A stretch of DNA of 61,569 nucleotides, filler included, from Anaerolineae bacterium (GCA_029262755.1; 8 parts of 8 records of this genome joined end to end with filler, not necessarily neighbours in it); one strand, 5' to 3'; positions 10,943 to 21,527 are shown, counted from the whole stretch's first letter. The notes: generated by a model not told the origin, from the letters alone. A program made the numbers and translations.

Positions 10943-13263
10943 ATGAGCTCCATGCGCGCCACCACGCTTGATACCAATCACCCCATCGACGAAGGGCTCG
11001 CGGAGCCGGCGTTGCGCGATTCACGCGCCGCCGCCGTCCTTGGCCTCCGCGTGCGCCGCCGAAGGGTGGCACGCATCGCTGCGGCGCTGGCCCCGTTGGC
11101 CGTACTCGTGGGGCTCACCGGCGCGGCGCACGCGCCGATCGCGGCGCAGGGGACGAGTGCGCCCCCCGACGAGGGCTCGACCTACGCGCATGTCGACACC
11201 TATCAGGACACGCCATGGGACCTGACGGCCGGCCGCTTCGGCCGTACGGGCGACGTAAGCTCCGCGCCGGGCGGCACCATGTACCTGCTCGACACGCGCA
11301 ATGTCGCGGGTCGGCCACGGTCGCTGCACTGGCTCGATGCCGAAGGCGCGCCGCAGCAGGTCATGGCATTCGATGCGGAGCTGACGCTGCGCAACCGGCA
11401 CCAGCCCATCCGAATGGATGTGGGCTTCGACGGCACCATCCACGTGCTCAGCGAAGGCGCAATCGTGCCCATCAGCGGGCGCAACTACTACGAGCATCGG
11501 ATTTGGCGACTGCGTCCGGACGGCTCCGAGATCGACCACTTCGACGTCCAGGTCGAGTCACCGCGACGCTATGTGGACATCGCGGTTCGGGACGATGGCC
11601 GCATCTACGTCGTGCGCGTCAGCCGCAACCCATGGTGCGTGCAACCGAACTCGCCGCCTTTGGAGAACGTTCCGGGCGAGGAGCCGCAATACAGCATCGA
11701 TGTCTTCGCCCCGGACGGCACGCTGCTCGAGCTCTTGATCCCGGATCCGCTCCGCGTTCCGACCGGAGTCGATGTCGCGCGCGAGGGAACGATCTTCATC
11801 ATCAACCGCGTGCCCTCGCCGTGCGCGCAGGGTAGTGGCCCTCCCGGCGCGCCGCAGCCCACCGCGCGCCCGAGCGACGCCGGTGGACGGGCGGTGGACG
11901 AAGGTCCGCCGGATGTCCATCCCTTCGCCATTGAGCCGGATGCCGACACGGTGGCGGCGCTGCAACAAGCCGGCGGTCCGGTCAACGGTGTGATCGTTGT
12001 CGAGCCGGATCACGTCTACCGCGAGACCGTCCCGTTCTTTGGGGCGGACGATGTCGCGGTGGGGCCGGCCGGCGTATACCTGTCGCGCAACGTCGAGCTG
12101 TTCCGACTGCTCGAAGATGGCGGCAGCGGCAAAGGCAGGGTCGAGGAAAGCCCGATGTTCGTCGGGCCAACGGGTCACGTGTACGCCGGCTTCCTGCGAC
12201 GCATTGTGTTCTTCTTGGATGTACCCGCGGACGGCCGCCTCGTGGCCGGCATGAACCATTGTTATTTCCAAGGCTACGTCGGCATCGACGAGCCCGACGC
12301 GCGGCCCGCGTCCGCACGCCTGATCGGCGCGATGGACGCAGTAGAGCTGGAGGGGCCCGCCTATCCCGTTCGGGTGGCCGCGGCGGATGAGCTCGCCGTT
12401 TTGCTGGGACGCATGGACATCTTCGGCCTGCGTCCGGAGCAGCAATATCGGCTGACCAACTACACGACCGAGGCGCAGAACGTGCAGCGCTGGTCGCTGG
12501 AAGACCCGCCCCAGGGCGGCGATCTCCAGTCGCAGCTCGGCCTCTGCCCCGACGCGGACATCTGGTTCGGCTCGGACAACTGGCTGACCCGCGATATCGC
12601 CATCGACGGCCGCGACGTGTACACGATCGACCCCGAGTTGGTCCAGCTACGCCCGGACAACGGGTGGCCCGCATGGACCTATTGGCCGGGCTTCCTGCTG
12701 GACGACCCGGATCAGTCGAGCTTCCTTGGCGCGGCCGCCGCGGACGACGGGCGCGTCGCCGTCCTCGATCTGGGCGCGGAGAGCATCGTGGTCGTGAGCC
12801 GCGAAGGCGAGCTCCTCGAGAGTTGGCCCTCCAACGTGGGTGGCGCCGTGGGACACCCGGTCGATCTGGCCTTGGACGCCAACCGGATCTACATCGCGGA
12901 CCAGGCGCGTGGACAGGTCGTCGTCACCGACCTGAAGGGCAACGTTTTCGATAGCTGGCCGACCCACGACGGGCCACGCGCCCTTGCGATCGGCCCGACG
13001 GGCGATGTCATCGTGCTCGGTCGCGGCGGCTTCGGATTCCACTACAGCCCGACGGGCAATCTCTTGGCCAGCTGGCCGATGCCCGATCGCGGCGCCCAGG
13101 CTCGCGACATCGCCGTGGGCGCGGACGGCCGGGTCTACGTCAACTTCCTGCGTCTGAACACACCCGTGCAGCTGGGCTCGACCTCGTACACGAACATCGA
13201 GGCCGGCGGCGTCTGGGTCTTCGAGCGCACGGGCCGGCCTCTCGGCCCGCCACCGCCGCCGCG
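10943..13263 (+). CDS. Secreted NHL-repeat protein, paralog of the upstream gene, truncated by contig end
   Basis: Colinear motifs shared with 6626..10795 (GRFGR.DV, NPWCV, LIGA.DA.ELEGPA, GVWVF). Runs into the N linker. Confidence 0.7.
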
Positions 13264-13363
13264 NNNNNNNNNNNNNNNNNNNNNNNNNNNNNNNNNNNNN
13301 NNNNNNNTTAATTAATTAANNNNNNNNNNNNNNNNNNNNNNNNNNNNNNNNNNNNNNNNNNNN
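13264..13363. other. Artificial contig linker (N44-TTAATTAATTAA-N44)
   Basis: N runs around a six-frame stop cassette; identical at 7 places in the window. Confidence 0.97.
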
Positions 13364-14169
13364 ATTTCTTCGTCGGCGGGCTGGCCGGTATGGCGGCGGC
13401 CATCGCGCTGGTCGCGCGTTGGACGCTCGCGGACCCAGCGCTCCCAGTCGCAGCGCTCGCATTCGCCTTCGCTGGTGCGTTGATCTCGCCCCTGCTGCTG
13501 ATCAGCGACCTCGGTCGGCCCAAACGCTTCATCTACATGCTGCGCGTGTTCAAGCCACGCAGTGCGATGTCGATGGGCGTGTGGATCCTCATGGCCTTCA
13601 GCGCAGCGGTCGCTCCGGCCTTCGCCCTGTCATGGTGGGCCTGGGCGCGCCCGGAATCGGCGCTGGCGGCGGTGTGGCTGCCGTGGCTTCTATGGCCCGC
13701 GCTCGTCGGCGCCGCAGTGTTCGGTTTGCTGCTTGCGACCTACACGGGCGTGCTCCTCGGTGCGACGGTCGTGCCTGCGTGGCGCGTGCATCATCGCCTC
13801 CTGCCACTCCATTTCGGCATCGCCGCGCTCGGCTGCGCCGCGGCGGCTCTGGAGATCGCGGGTTTCCGCATCGCCTCGCTCGCGGCACTGGGGTGGCTGG
13901 CGGCCCTTGTCGAGACGATCGTTCTGGCGTGGATCGAGCTGCGCCCGCGGCCCGCCGACGCGGCGCTGCGCCACGGCGCGAGCGGCCGGCTGATGCGGGT
14001 GGGCGGCGCGACGGCCGGGCCGGGCGCGTTGCTGGCGCGGGGGCTGCTGGGTCCGGTGCCGGCCGCGGTTGCGTTCCTGGGCGGTACGCTGGCCGTGCGC
14101 TACGGCTGGTTGGCGGCCGGCAAGGCCTCGGCGCTGGATTCGCATGCCGCGCTCGACGCCGAGGATTGA
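13364..14169 (+). CDS. NrfD/PsrC-family membrane anchor subunit (5'-truncated)
   Basis: Frame open from the contig edge (FFVGGLAG); LLISDLGRPKRF, SAMSMGVW and YTGVLLGATVVPAW motifs; multiple TM helices. Confidence 0.8.
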
Positions 14170-14282
14170 TTCCTTCGGCGGCAGGGGAAGGAACGCGTGG
14201 AATCGCGTGAACGGCCGATCCTATCGATCGATCCCTTTGGCCCATTGATTCAACGTGGAGCAACCCACCGGATCGGCATATG

Positions 14283-14486
14283 TCAGCCCGCCGGATCGGC
14301 GCGAACGGTTGCCAGTTCCCACTCCCCGTCGTCACCGGTGCGCACCGTGTAGCGGACCATGATCGGGCGACAGCACACCTCGCAGTCCTCGACGTATTCT
14401 TGCCCGCCTGCGGTGAGGTCGAGCAGCATCGAGATCCGTTCGGCACAGAAGGGGCAATCGAAGTAGGCTTCTGTCTCACCGGTCAG
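14283..14486 (-). CDS. CPXCG-motif cysteine-rich small protein (zinc-ribbon-like); not in ORF track, probable CTG start
   Basis: Manual translation: (L/M)TGETEAYFDCPFCAERISMLLDLTAGGQEYVEDCEVCCRPIMVRYTVRTGDDGEWELATVRADPAG*. The CPxC...QEYVEDCEVCCRP pattern is typical of the family. Confidence 0.75.
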   Translation of the reverse strand: MTGETEAYFDCPFCAERISMLLDLTAGGQEYVEDCEVCCRPIMVRYTVRTGDDGEWELATVRADPAG

Positions 14487-14514
14487 TGCGATCTATCCGT
14501 GGAGGGCGGCCCGT

Positions 14515-15786
14515 ATGGCCAACGTGCAAGATTCTGACGCCGCGCCGGAGGCCACCGATTCGAGCGCGCCGCGCGATGGGGTGATTGTAGAGGATGGCTC
14601 GGCAGATCCGGACGCCACACCGGCGTCCCAGGACGCGCTCAGCTATGCCGAGATCCGTCGCTACAGCCGGCACCTGATCATGCCGGAGGTCGGCCTCGAC
14701 GGGCAGCGCGCGCTGCGCCGCGCCCGGGTCCTGCTCGTGGGCGCCGGCGGTCTCGGTTCGCCGACGGCGATGTACCTGGCCGCGGCTGGCGTCGGCACCA
14801 TCGGGCTCATCGACCCGGACGTTGTGGACGAGACCAACCTGCAACGGCAGATCATCCACGGCACGCCCGACATCGGGCGCTCCAAGGTCGATTCGGCCTC
14901 CGAGACCATTCGCTCGATCAACCCCAACGTCGCTGTCGAGGGACATAGGGTGCTCTTGACCAGCACGAACGCGTTGGAGCTGCTCCACGGCTACGATGTG
15001 GTCATCGACGGCACGGACAACTTCCCCACGCGCTACCTGGTGAACGACGCCTGCGTGATGCTCGGCATCCCGAACGTCTACGGCTCGATCTTTCGCTTCG
15101 ACGGGCAGGCAACGGTATTCGCCCACGAGCAAGACGGCGTGCGCGGTCCCTGCTACCGCTGCCTCTTCCCGGAACCGCCGCCGCCCGGCATGGTCCCCAG
15201 CTGCGCCGAGGGCGGCGTGCTCGGCATCCTGCCCGGCGTCATCGGCCTCATCCAGGCCACGGAGGCAGTGAAGCTGATCCTCGGCCGCGGCGAGTCCCTG
15301 GTCGGCCGCCTGCTGCTCTACGACGCGCTCGCCATGCGCACACGAGAGCTGCGCATCCAGCGCGATCCCGCGTGCCCTGTTTGCGGCGATGCCCCGAGCC
15401 AACAGACATTGATCGATTACGAGGAGTTCTGCGGTCTGCCCGGCCACGGCCAGCCGGTCGCGCTGTTCGACGACGAGATCGAGCCGGCCGAGCTCGCGGC
15501 ACGCTTCGCCCAAGGGGAATCGATCACGTTGCTCGATGTGCGCGAACCGCACGAGCACGCGATCAATCGGATTCCGCACGCACGGCTGATCCCGCTCCAT
15601 GACCTACACGATCACTACGAGACGCTCGATCCAACGGCCGAGATCATCGTCCATTGTCTCATGGGCCAGCGCAGCGCGAATGCGTGCTACGCCCTGCGCG
15701 ACGCCGGATTCGCGAATGTGCGCAATCTACGCGGCGGGATTCGCGCTTGGATCGACGAGGTTGATTCTTCGCTGCCACGGTACTAA
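14515..15786 (+). CDS. moeB: Molybdopterin-synthase adenylyltransferase MoeB/MoeZ (E1-like) with C-terminal rhodanese
   Basis: RYSRHL, VGAGGLGSP, NLQRQ, DGTDNF, CYRC, SCAEGGVLG, CPVC, rhodanese LLDVRE...HCLMGQRS; GGAGG RBS at 14501. Confidence 0.93.
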   Translation: MANVQDSDAAPEATDSSAPRDGVIVEDGSADPDATPASQDALSYAEIRRYSRHLIMPEVGLDGQRALRRARVLLVGAGGLGSPTAMYLAAAGVGTIGLIDPDVVDETNLQRQIIHGTPDIGRSKVDSASETIRSINPNVAVEGHRVLLTSTNALELLHGYDVVIDGTDNFPTRYLVNDACVMLGIPNVYGSIFRFDGQATVFAHEQDGVRGPCYRCLFPEPPPPGMVPSCAEGGVLGILPGVIGLIQATEAVKLILGRGESLVGRLLLYDALAMRTRELRIQRDPACPVCGDAPSQQTLIDYEEFCGLPGHGQPVALFDDEIEPAELAARFAQGESITLLDVREPHEHAINRIPHARLIPLHDLHDHYETLDPTAEIIVHCLMGQRSANACYALRDAGFANVRNLRGGIRAWIDEVDSSLPRY

Positions 15787-15828
15787 GGAGCTTGGGAACG
15801 AACGATTCGAGAGCTCGCCTCAAGCTGG

Positions 15829-16464
15829 CTAGTCGGAACCCAACGTTCGAATTCCTCGGTGGTCATGTCGTAACCCAACACGCTCACGCAAACCCGCTGT
15901 GTCATAGTCGAACACAGCTACGTAGCGACCTTCACCCTCCAGCGCAACCAGCTCCTTCTCAGCAAACCACTCTAGTTCGAACGAGCCGGGAACCAGCTGC
16001 ACGGCACCGTTCCAGGCGACGAACGAGACGGTAGCCATCTCGTCGAGGAAGAGCCCAGCGTGTGTCTCACGATTGAGTTGAAAATCCCAGCCGCCGGGAA
16101 TGCCGGTCATAACGACGTGTTGCGTGCCATCGGGGCTTGCCGACCGCAGCATGGCACGATCGCGGAACACCGGAAGGCCCAGGCTCCATAGCAGGCAGAA
16201 CGCAGTCAGCGAGACGACGATGATCTGTGGAGAAAACCTGACCTGGGAGAGGCTCGGTACGATGTTGTGCACTCGCCACCATAGCCACATCCAGAACCAA
16301 CCTACGATCACGATGGGCCACGTCGGGACGATGGCTGGATTGATTCGAAATGACAGCCACCAGAAGCCGATCGTGAGAATCACGACAATCGGGAGCCAGG
16401 CTTCGCGTAGCCGTCTCAAGAAGATTTGAGACATTGCTCTGATCCCCGTCTGCCCGGCCGCCAT
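15829..16464 (-). CDS. Hypothetical membrane protein (about 3 N-terminal TM helices)
   Basis: Trp-rich hydrophobic helices; AGGAGA RBS before ATG 16464; no recognised family. Confidence 0.55.
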   Translation of the reverse strand: MAAGQTGIRAMSQIFLRRLREAWLPIVVILTIGFWWLSFRINPAIVPTWPIVIVGWFWMWLWWRVHNIVPSLSQVRFSPQIIVVSLTAFCLLWSLGLPVFRDRAMLRSASPDGTQHVVMTGIPGGWDFQLNRETHAGLFLDEMATVSFVAWNGAVQLVPGSFELEWFAEKELVALEGEGRYVAVFDYDTAGLRERVGLRHDHRGIRTLGSD

Positions 16465-16833
16465 TGCACTCTCTCCTATCGCTGACATGTATCGACTCTG
16501 AGTTGACGTGCTCGAAGCCTACGCAGTGGAAGGCGGCGAGTTGCCGAATTGGAATTCCGAGCGACGCCGCAATCCTGTCATTTCCGAAGAAGGCGCGGCG
16601 ACCTTTGGCGCAACCCAGCCGATTTCGGCCAATACGGGTCAGCGGGGTAGGAACCCCTGCATTGGAGTGCGCGAATCCCGATTCCCGCAGGCCCGCAGGC
16701 AACGCGACGAAAATGGTGCATGGATCGACGAAACACATTTCCCCATGCCGCGGAATGAGGGCGCAGATCGACGGCGACGGCAGAGATCATGTGGAACGGT
16801 TATGGGCCGAATCGCCTTGCGGACCGACGCGAA

Positions 16834-17337
16834 TCACATACACATCCAGAACCATGTTGCCTTGTCGTGACGACGAAGGTGCGCCACGAAGCCGGTGGAG
16901 GTTCGAAACTCGAGCGTCTGGGCATCTACGAGGCGAATCCTACCGGGAGTCGAATTGACCGCCTCTGCGTTCGGATCGATTGACGTCGCATGCGGGATCC
17001 AGTAACTACCGTCGAAGTCGATCGGTGACCAAAGTCCGCAATGCGCGGTTACGTACGCATACCATGTCCCGGTCTCGGCGTGCTCGGAGGTCGGCGCGGG
17101 CAACGCAAACTCGCGTTCGTTGGCCGGCAAATTGGGCGTGAGTTCCGGGACGGGAAGATCAGGCTCCACGGTCCCCATGAGCACAATCTCGTCGGTTTGC
17201 GGCGAGTAGAAGACGGGTCTCGTTGGGTCGCTTGTGGCAGGGATGCAAGCCATTGTTGCGATGGCGATCATCGAGAGGATAGAAATCGAGAGAGCGCGTC
17301 CGATTTGTCGGGTTGGGCACGCACGTCGCAGCATCAT
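16834..17337 (-). CDS. Hypothetical secreted/lipoprotein-like protein
   Basis: AGGAGG RBS before ATG 17337; hydrophobic stretch ending TMAC; HCGL...FDGSYW core and C-terminal Cys. Confidence 0.6.
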   Translation of the reverse strand: MMLRRACPTRQIGRALSISILSMIAIATMACIPATSDPTRPVFYSPQTDEIVLMGTVEPDLPVPELTPNLPANEREFALPAPTSEHAETGTWYAYVTAHCGLWSPIDFDGSYWIPHATSIDPNAEAVNSTPGRIRLVDAQTLEFRTSTGFVAHLRRHDKATWFWMCM

Positions 17338-17594
17338 ACGAGGCAGCCTCCTGGGCGAAAGCGATGGATTGGGTACTCGTACCGGCAGTGACTGCGACGC
17401 CCTGCTAGAGGAATCGCGTCGCGACACTACTCCATCCCATTCGAAGAGGTTCCCATACCTCGGGTAAGCGGCATCACCCGGTCTAACCCAGTGATGCGCT
17501 GCGTAGGGGAAGCCAAAGTTTAATCGACAGACTCTCGAGCAAGTGGTCACGACGTTCGGAAGGAGAACTGTCGTGCCAACCACTCACCCTCAGT

Positions 17595-17903
17595 TCACCC
17601 TCCCGAAATAGCCCCGACCACCAGGAACGGTTCCGCGCCCTCGACCACCGCTTCCGGGAGCGGATCGTCGTTCGGCGTGAAGGAGCGGTCCTCGCCGCAG
17701 GCGAAGTAGCGCAGATAGGCGCGGCGTTCCTTGGAGGCGTGGTCGCGGATCGTGCCGCGTAGCATCGGGTAGCGTTGCTCGAGGGCGTCGAGAACGGCGT
17801 TGGTCGTGATCCGCTCGCCGTTCTGCTCGGCCAAGGACAACTCCACTTCCGCGCCGACGCGGGCCAGGTTGCGCAGGTGGTAGGGCAGCACGACGCGGAT
17901 CAT
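17595..17903 (-). CDS. MoaD/ThiS-family ubiquitin-like protein
   Basis: [12 protein letters not shown]-terminus, [11 protein letters not shown] and C-terminal AISGG; ATGA overlap with the upstream gene. Confidence 0.88.
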   Translation of the reverse strand: MIRVVLPYHLRNLARVGAEVELSLAEQNGERITTNAVLDALEQRYPMLRGTIRDHASKERRAYLRYFACGEDRSFTPNDDPLPEAVVEGAEPFLVVGAISGG

Positions 17904-19015
17904 GGGAGGACCTGCACCTCGACGCTCAGCACGCGTGGGAAATGTTCGGAGATCGCGTTCCACGTGTCGCCGCCGTCGGGCGAGGCGTAGACACCGCCGC
18001 CCGTGGTGCCGATGTAGATACCGCATTCGTCCATCGTGTCCACCGCCATGGATTCGCGCAGGACGTTGACGTAGCAGTCTTTCTGCGGGAGTCCCTTGGT
18101 CAGGGGCTCCCATTCGTTGCCGCCGCTGCGGCTGCGGTAGACGCGAAGCTTGCCTTCGGGGACGTAGTGCTCGGAGTCGCTCTTGATGGGCACGACGTAG
18201 ATCGTTTCAGGCTCGTGAGCGTGTACGGCGATCGGGAAGCCGAAATCGCTAGGCAGATTGCCGCTGACCTCGTGCCATGAGTCGCCGGCATCGTCGCTGC
18301 GCATCACGTCCCAATGCTTTTGCATGAACAACGTGTCCGGTCGCGTGGGATGGTGGGCGATGCGGTGGACGCAGTGGCCGATCTCCGCTTCGGGTTCCGG
18401 CATGAAGTTGGAGACGAGGCCCTTGGTGATGGGCTTCCACGTCACGCCGCCGTCGTCGCTGCGGAAGCTTCCGGCCGCAGAGATGGCGACGAAAATGCGC
18501 TGTGGGTTCGTGGGGTCAACAAGAATCGTGTGCAAGCACATACCGCCGGCGCCCGGCGACCAGTCGGAGCCGGTCGTGTGCGTGCGAAGGCCCGGCAGCT
18601 CCTTCCAACTCATGCCGCCGTCCTTGCTTTCGAAAAGGGCAGCGTCTTCGACGCCGGCATAGACGTGGTCGGGGTCAGTGCGGGAGGGCTCGAAGTGCCA
18701 CACGCGCTTGAAGTCCCATGGGTGCGGGGTGCCGTCGTACCATTGGTGCGTGCCGGTCTCGCCCTCGTAGGCGAACTCGTTGCCCACCGTCTCCCACGTC
18801 TTTCCGCCATTGTCGCTGCGATGGACGACCTGGCCAAACCAGTCGGTTGCCTGCGAAGCGTACATACGGTCCGGTGCGGCAGGAGAGGCATTGATGTGGT
18901 AGATCTCGAGACCGCCGAAGAGCGGTCCTTCGATGTTCCATGCGTTGCGGGCGCCGTCGGCGGTACAAATGAAGGCACCCTTGGCGGTGCCGACAAGAAC
19001 TCGTACGGAGGACAT
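17900..19015 (-). CDS. BNR/Asp-box beta-propeller protein (sialidase-like fold), no signal peptide
   Basis: Repeated SxDGGxTW Asp-boxes ([40 protein letters not shown]); VLVGTAKG start; GAGGAG RBS. Confidence 0.88.
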   Translation of the reverse strand: MSSVRVLVGTAKGAFICTADGARNAWNIEGPLFGGLEIYHINASPAAPDRMYASQATDWFGQVVHRSDNGGKTWETVGNEFAYEGETGTHQWYDGTPHPWDFKRVWHFEPSRTDPDHVYAGVEDAALFESKDGGMSWKELPGLRTHTTGSDWSPGAGGMCLHTILVDPTNPQRIFVAISAAGSFRSDDGGVTWKPITKGLVSNFMPEPEAEIGHCVHRIAHHPTRPDTLFMQKHWDVMRSDDAGDSWHEVSGNLPSDFGFPIAVHAHEPETIYVVPIKSDSEHYVPEGKLRVYRSRSGGNEWEPLTKGLPQKDCYVNVLRESMAVDTMDECGIYIGTTGGGVYASPDGGDTWNAISEHFPRVLSVEVQVLP

Positions 19016-19302
19016 GGGGCTCGAACTCCTCGCGCGAGCGCGACACGGCCCGCGATGGGGCGGCGAGCGGGGGGTTGGGGTCCAACGCGCCCGCCGCGAA
19101 ACACGATGCTGAACACGATACGGTTCGCGAGGCACGACGTCAACGGGCTCGGCGAGATTCGCGAGCCGGAAGGGGGGCGGAAGCGGCCACCGCGCGGAGT
19201 TTGGCTACAGACGAGGACAGAGGAAGGGAATGGGAGTGCGCTAGGGCCGGCTGGCGAGGATCGGCTTCGGGAGCCGAATCCCACAGGGGTGCAGACCTCC
19301 GG

Positions 19303-20817
19303 CTACGAGCGCGCCTTCGCGGCCAGATAGGCCACCTCTACGAGCATCGAAAGATCCATGGCCAGCGAGCCGAGGCTCGCGCCCCCGAGCGTTCCGCGGA
19401 ACGTCGTGAGGCCGAGCGCAAGCACGCCGAACAACACAACGAGGTTGATGCCAACCGCGGTTGAGACGAGGCCCGTGCGGCCCGCGGCAACGTGAAGTCC
19501 GCGTAGCCACGATACGAGCGTCGAGAGCAGCGGAACAGGGACCATGAGCGCCAAGGGAAGCCGCGCCGCTTCGATCATCGGGGGGGCAAGACCGGTCAAC
19601 GTGCCGAGCCAGAAGGTGCCCACCGGCGTGAAGGCGACGACTGCCATCAGCGCGGAGAGCACGAGGCCGAGGCCCCAGGCGACCCGGCGAACGGGGGCGG
19701 CGTTGCGTGGGTCCTCGAGCTTGGCGACCGCGACCTCTTGGTAGGCGAAGCCGCCGCTGCGCATGACGAAGCCGAGGCCGATTAGGACAGGCCAGATGGC
19801 CAGCGCGCGCAGGGCGTCGGGTGCCCGGCCCAAGGCGAAGCTGATGGCCGGTTGCGCGCCGAGGATGAGCAGGCTGGTGGCGGCCAGCGGGCCATAGAAA
19901 GAGAAGAATGCCGGAAGGGAGCGCGCTCCGCCGCGAACCTCGGCTTCGTCGGGGCCGCTGAGATGCGCGCGGACGATCGGTCGCACGAGCACGTAGGCCG
20001 CGGCGGCGCCGACGAGCACGCCGACGCTCATTGCAAGACCGCCCGTAGCGGCGCCCTGCGAGCGCGCTTGCAGGCCCGCCACGCACACGAGGGCCATGGC
20101 GGGGATGCGCAGCATTGTCGTAACGCTGACGCGGCCCGGCTTGCCGTAGCGGATCATCACACCCTGCCACATGCGGCGGTACGCGATCGCCGGTGTCCAA
20201 GGCGTCATGGCCAGGAAGGCCGCCTGCCCCGGCCCGATCAGTTCGGGCGGAGCACCAACTAGCGAACCGACGAACCAGCCGTAGGCCGGCGTGACCGCGA
20301 TGAGCAGGTGGAGGGCGCCGAGAGCGGCGGCCATCACATGCGTGTAGCGCAGCAGGTTGCGGTAGGCGCGGGGTCCCGTCGCGAGGGCGGTGCCCGCGGT
20401 CAGCAGCATGATGATCGGCGATTCAACGATCAGCGCGAGCGAGAACGAGAGGCCGAAGGCGGCCAGGTTGCGCTCGGCGTCGGGCAAGCGCGCGATGACC
20501 GCCGCGAGGATCGGCTGCTCGGTGGACATGAGCAGCCACATGAGGGCCAGCGGGGCCCAAAAGCGCAGGATCGCCGCGTTGTTGGGCGCAGGGCCGTCGG
20601 ACGGAGCCGACGTAGCCCCACGGTCGCGGGGCGTGGGCGGCGGGGCGGCGACGGCGGCCGGAGCGTCCTGCGCACAGTCCGACGCGCTGTCCGGCGCGCT
20701 GTCCGGCGCAATGTCCGGCGCGCTGTCCGGCGAATCCGTGTGCGCCGCGTCGTGCGTCGTGGAATCGGCCCTCGGCTTCGCGTGTGCACCGCGTCGCCGT
20801 CGGGCCGATCGGCTCAA
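19303..20817 (-). CDS. MOP/MATE-superfamily multi-pass membrane protein, ANKH-like
   Basis: About 12 TM helices in two repeated halves (FWAPLAL...PILAAVIARLPDAERNLAAF; FYGPLAAT...PAISFALGRAPDALRALAIW); disordered N-terminal extension. Confidence 0.7.
   Translation of the reverse strand: MSRSARRRRGAHAKPRADSTTHDAAHTDSPDSAPDIAPDSAPDSASDCAQDAPAAVAAPPPTPRDRGATSAPSDGPAPNNAAILRFWAPLALMWLLMSTEQPILAAVIARLPDAERNLAAFGLSFSLALIVESPIIMLLTAGTALATGPRAYRNLLRYTHVMAAALGALHLLIAVTPAYGWFVGSLVGAPPELIGPGQAAFLAMTPWTPAIAYRRMWQGVMIRYGKPGRVSVTTMLRIPAMALVCVAGLQARSQGAATGGLAMSVGVLVGAAAAYVLVRPIVRAHLSGPDEAEVRGGARSLPAFFSFYGPLAATSLLILGAQPAISFALGRAPDALRALAIWPVLIGLGFVMRSGGFAYQEVAVAKLEDPRNAAPVRRVAWGLGLVLSALMAVVAFTPVGTFWLGTLTGLAPPMIEAARLPLALMVPVPLLSTLVSWLRGLHVAAGRTGLVSTAVGINLVVLFGVLALGLTTFRGTLGGASLGSLAMDLSMLVEVAYLAAKARS
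20684..20731. repeat. 4 x 12-bp coding tandem repeat (GCGCTGTCCGGC)
   Basis: Three exact copies and one variant (GCAATGTCCGGC); encodes the PDSA/PDIA repeats in the transporter N-terminus. Confidence 0.8.
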
Positions 20818-21527
20818 GGCGTGCCGCCGACCGAGGTATTCTCTTGCCCGCTCTCCTGCCCGCCTTCTTCGCCGGAGGCCTCCGGCGTAGCGTCCGAGTC
20901 TTCCGTGGACGCCGGCTCGGAGCCCAGCTCCGACTCGGTCGCTTCGGATTGCACAGGGATCGGCGTGACGAAGCCGGCCATGAGCGGAACGCGGTACGAG
21001 CGCAAGACTTCCCGGATCCGGCTCTCATTCTCCGCATAGCTGCCCTCAGCCACGCTTACGTTGACCATGGAGAAGGTCGTGCCGTCGATCTGGAACAGCG
21101 CGAGGGCGCGCATCGGCACGCCGTTGCTGCGTTCATAGACGATGTCCACGCGCATGGCTTCGCCGGGGCGTTCCACGACGCTCTCGCGGTCCATCTCGCG
21201 GTAGCCCGGTTGATCCATCCAGCCCGTCACGTCGCGCAGGACCGTGTTGACCGTGGTGCCAAGCGAGGCAGGCGGGCGGCCGTTGTCGAATTGCGTGATC
21301 GAGAGCAGGCCGTCCCCGTCGGGAGCTTGGAAGAGGGTTCCCAAACGCACGTCCGAGCTACTGTTGGCTGGCTGTCGCGCTTCCATCCAGCCGCTGGGGA
21401 CGTCGATCTCGAACAGACCGCCCTCGTCGACGTAGGGCTCGAGGCTGCCGAGCTGGACGGGCACGGCATCGCGGGTTGCGGGAGCCGGCATCGTCATCTC
21501 GACCACCGTACGATCGCCGGGAACCGC
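20814..21527 (-). CDS. Partial extracytoplasmic protein, PsbP/DcrB-like fold
   Basis: FEIDVPSGW motif, beta-rich core and acidic C-terminal tail; N-terminus probably lost at the contig edge. Confidence 0.5.
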   Translation of the reverse strand, partial: AVPGDRTVVEMTMPAPATRDAVPVQLGSLEPYVDEGGLFEIDVPSGWMEARQPANSSSDVRLGTLFQAPDGDGLLSITQFDNGRPPASLGTTVNTVLRDVTGWMDQPGYREMDRESVVERPGEAMRVDIVYERSNGVPMRALALFQIDGTTFSMVNVSVAEGSYAENESRIREVLRSYRVPLMAGFVTPIPVQSEATESELGSEPASTEDSDATPEASGEEGGQESGQENTSVGGTP

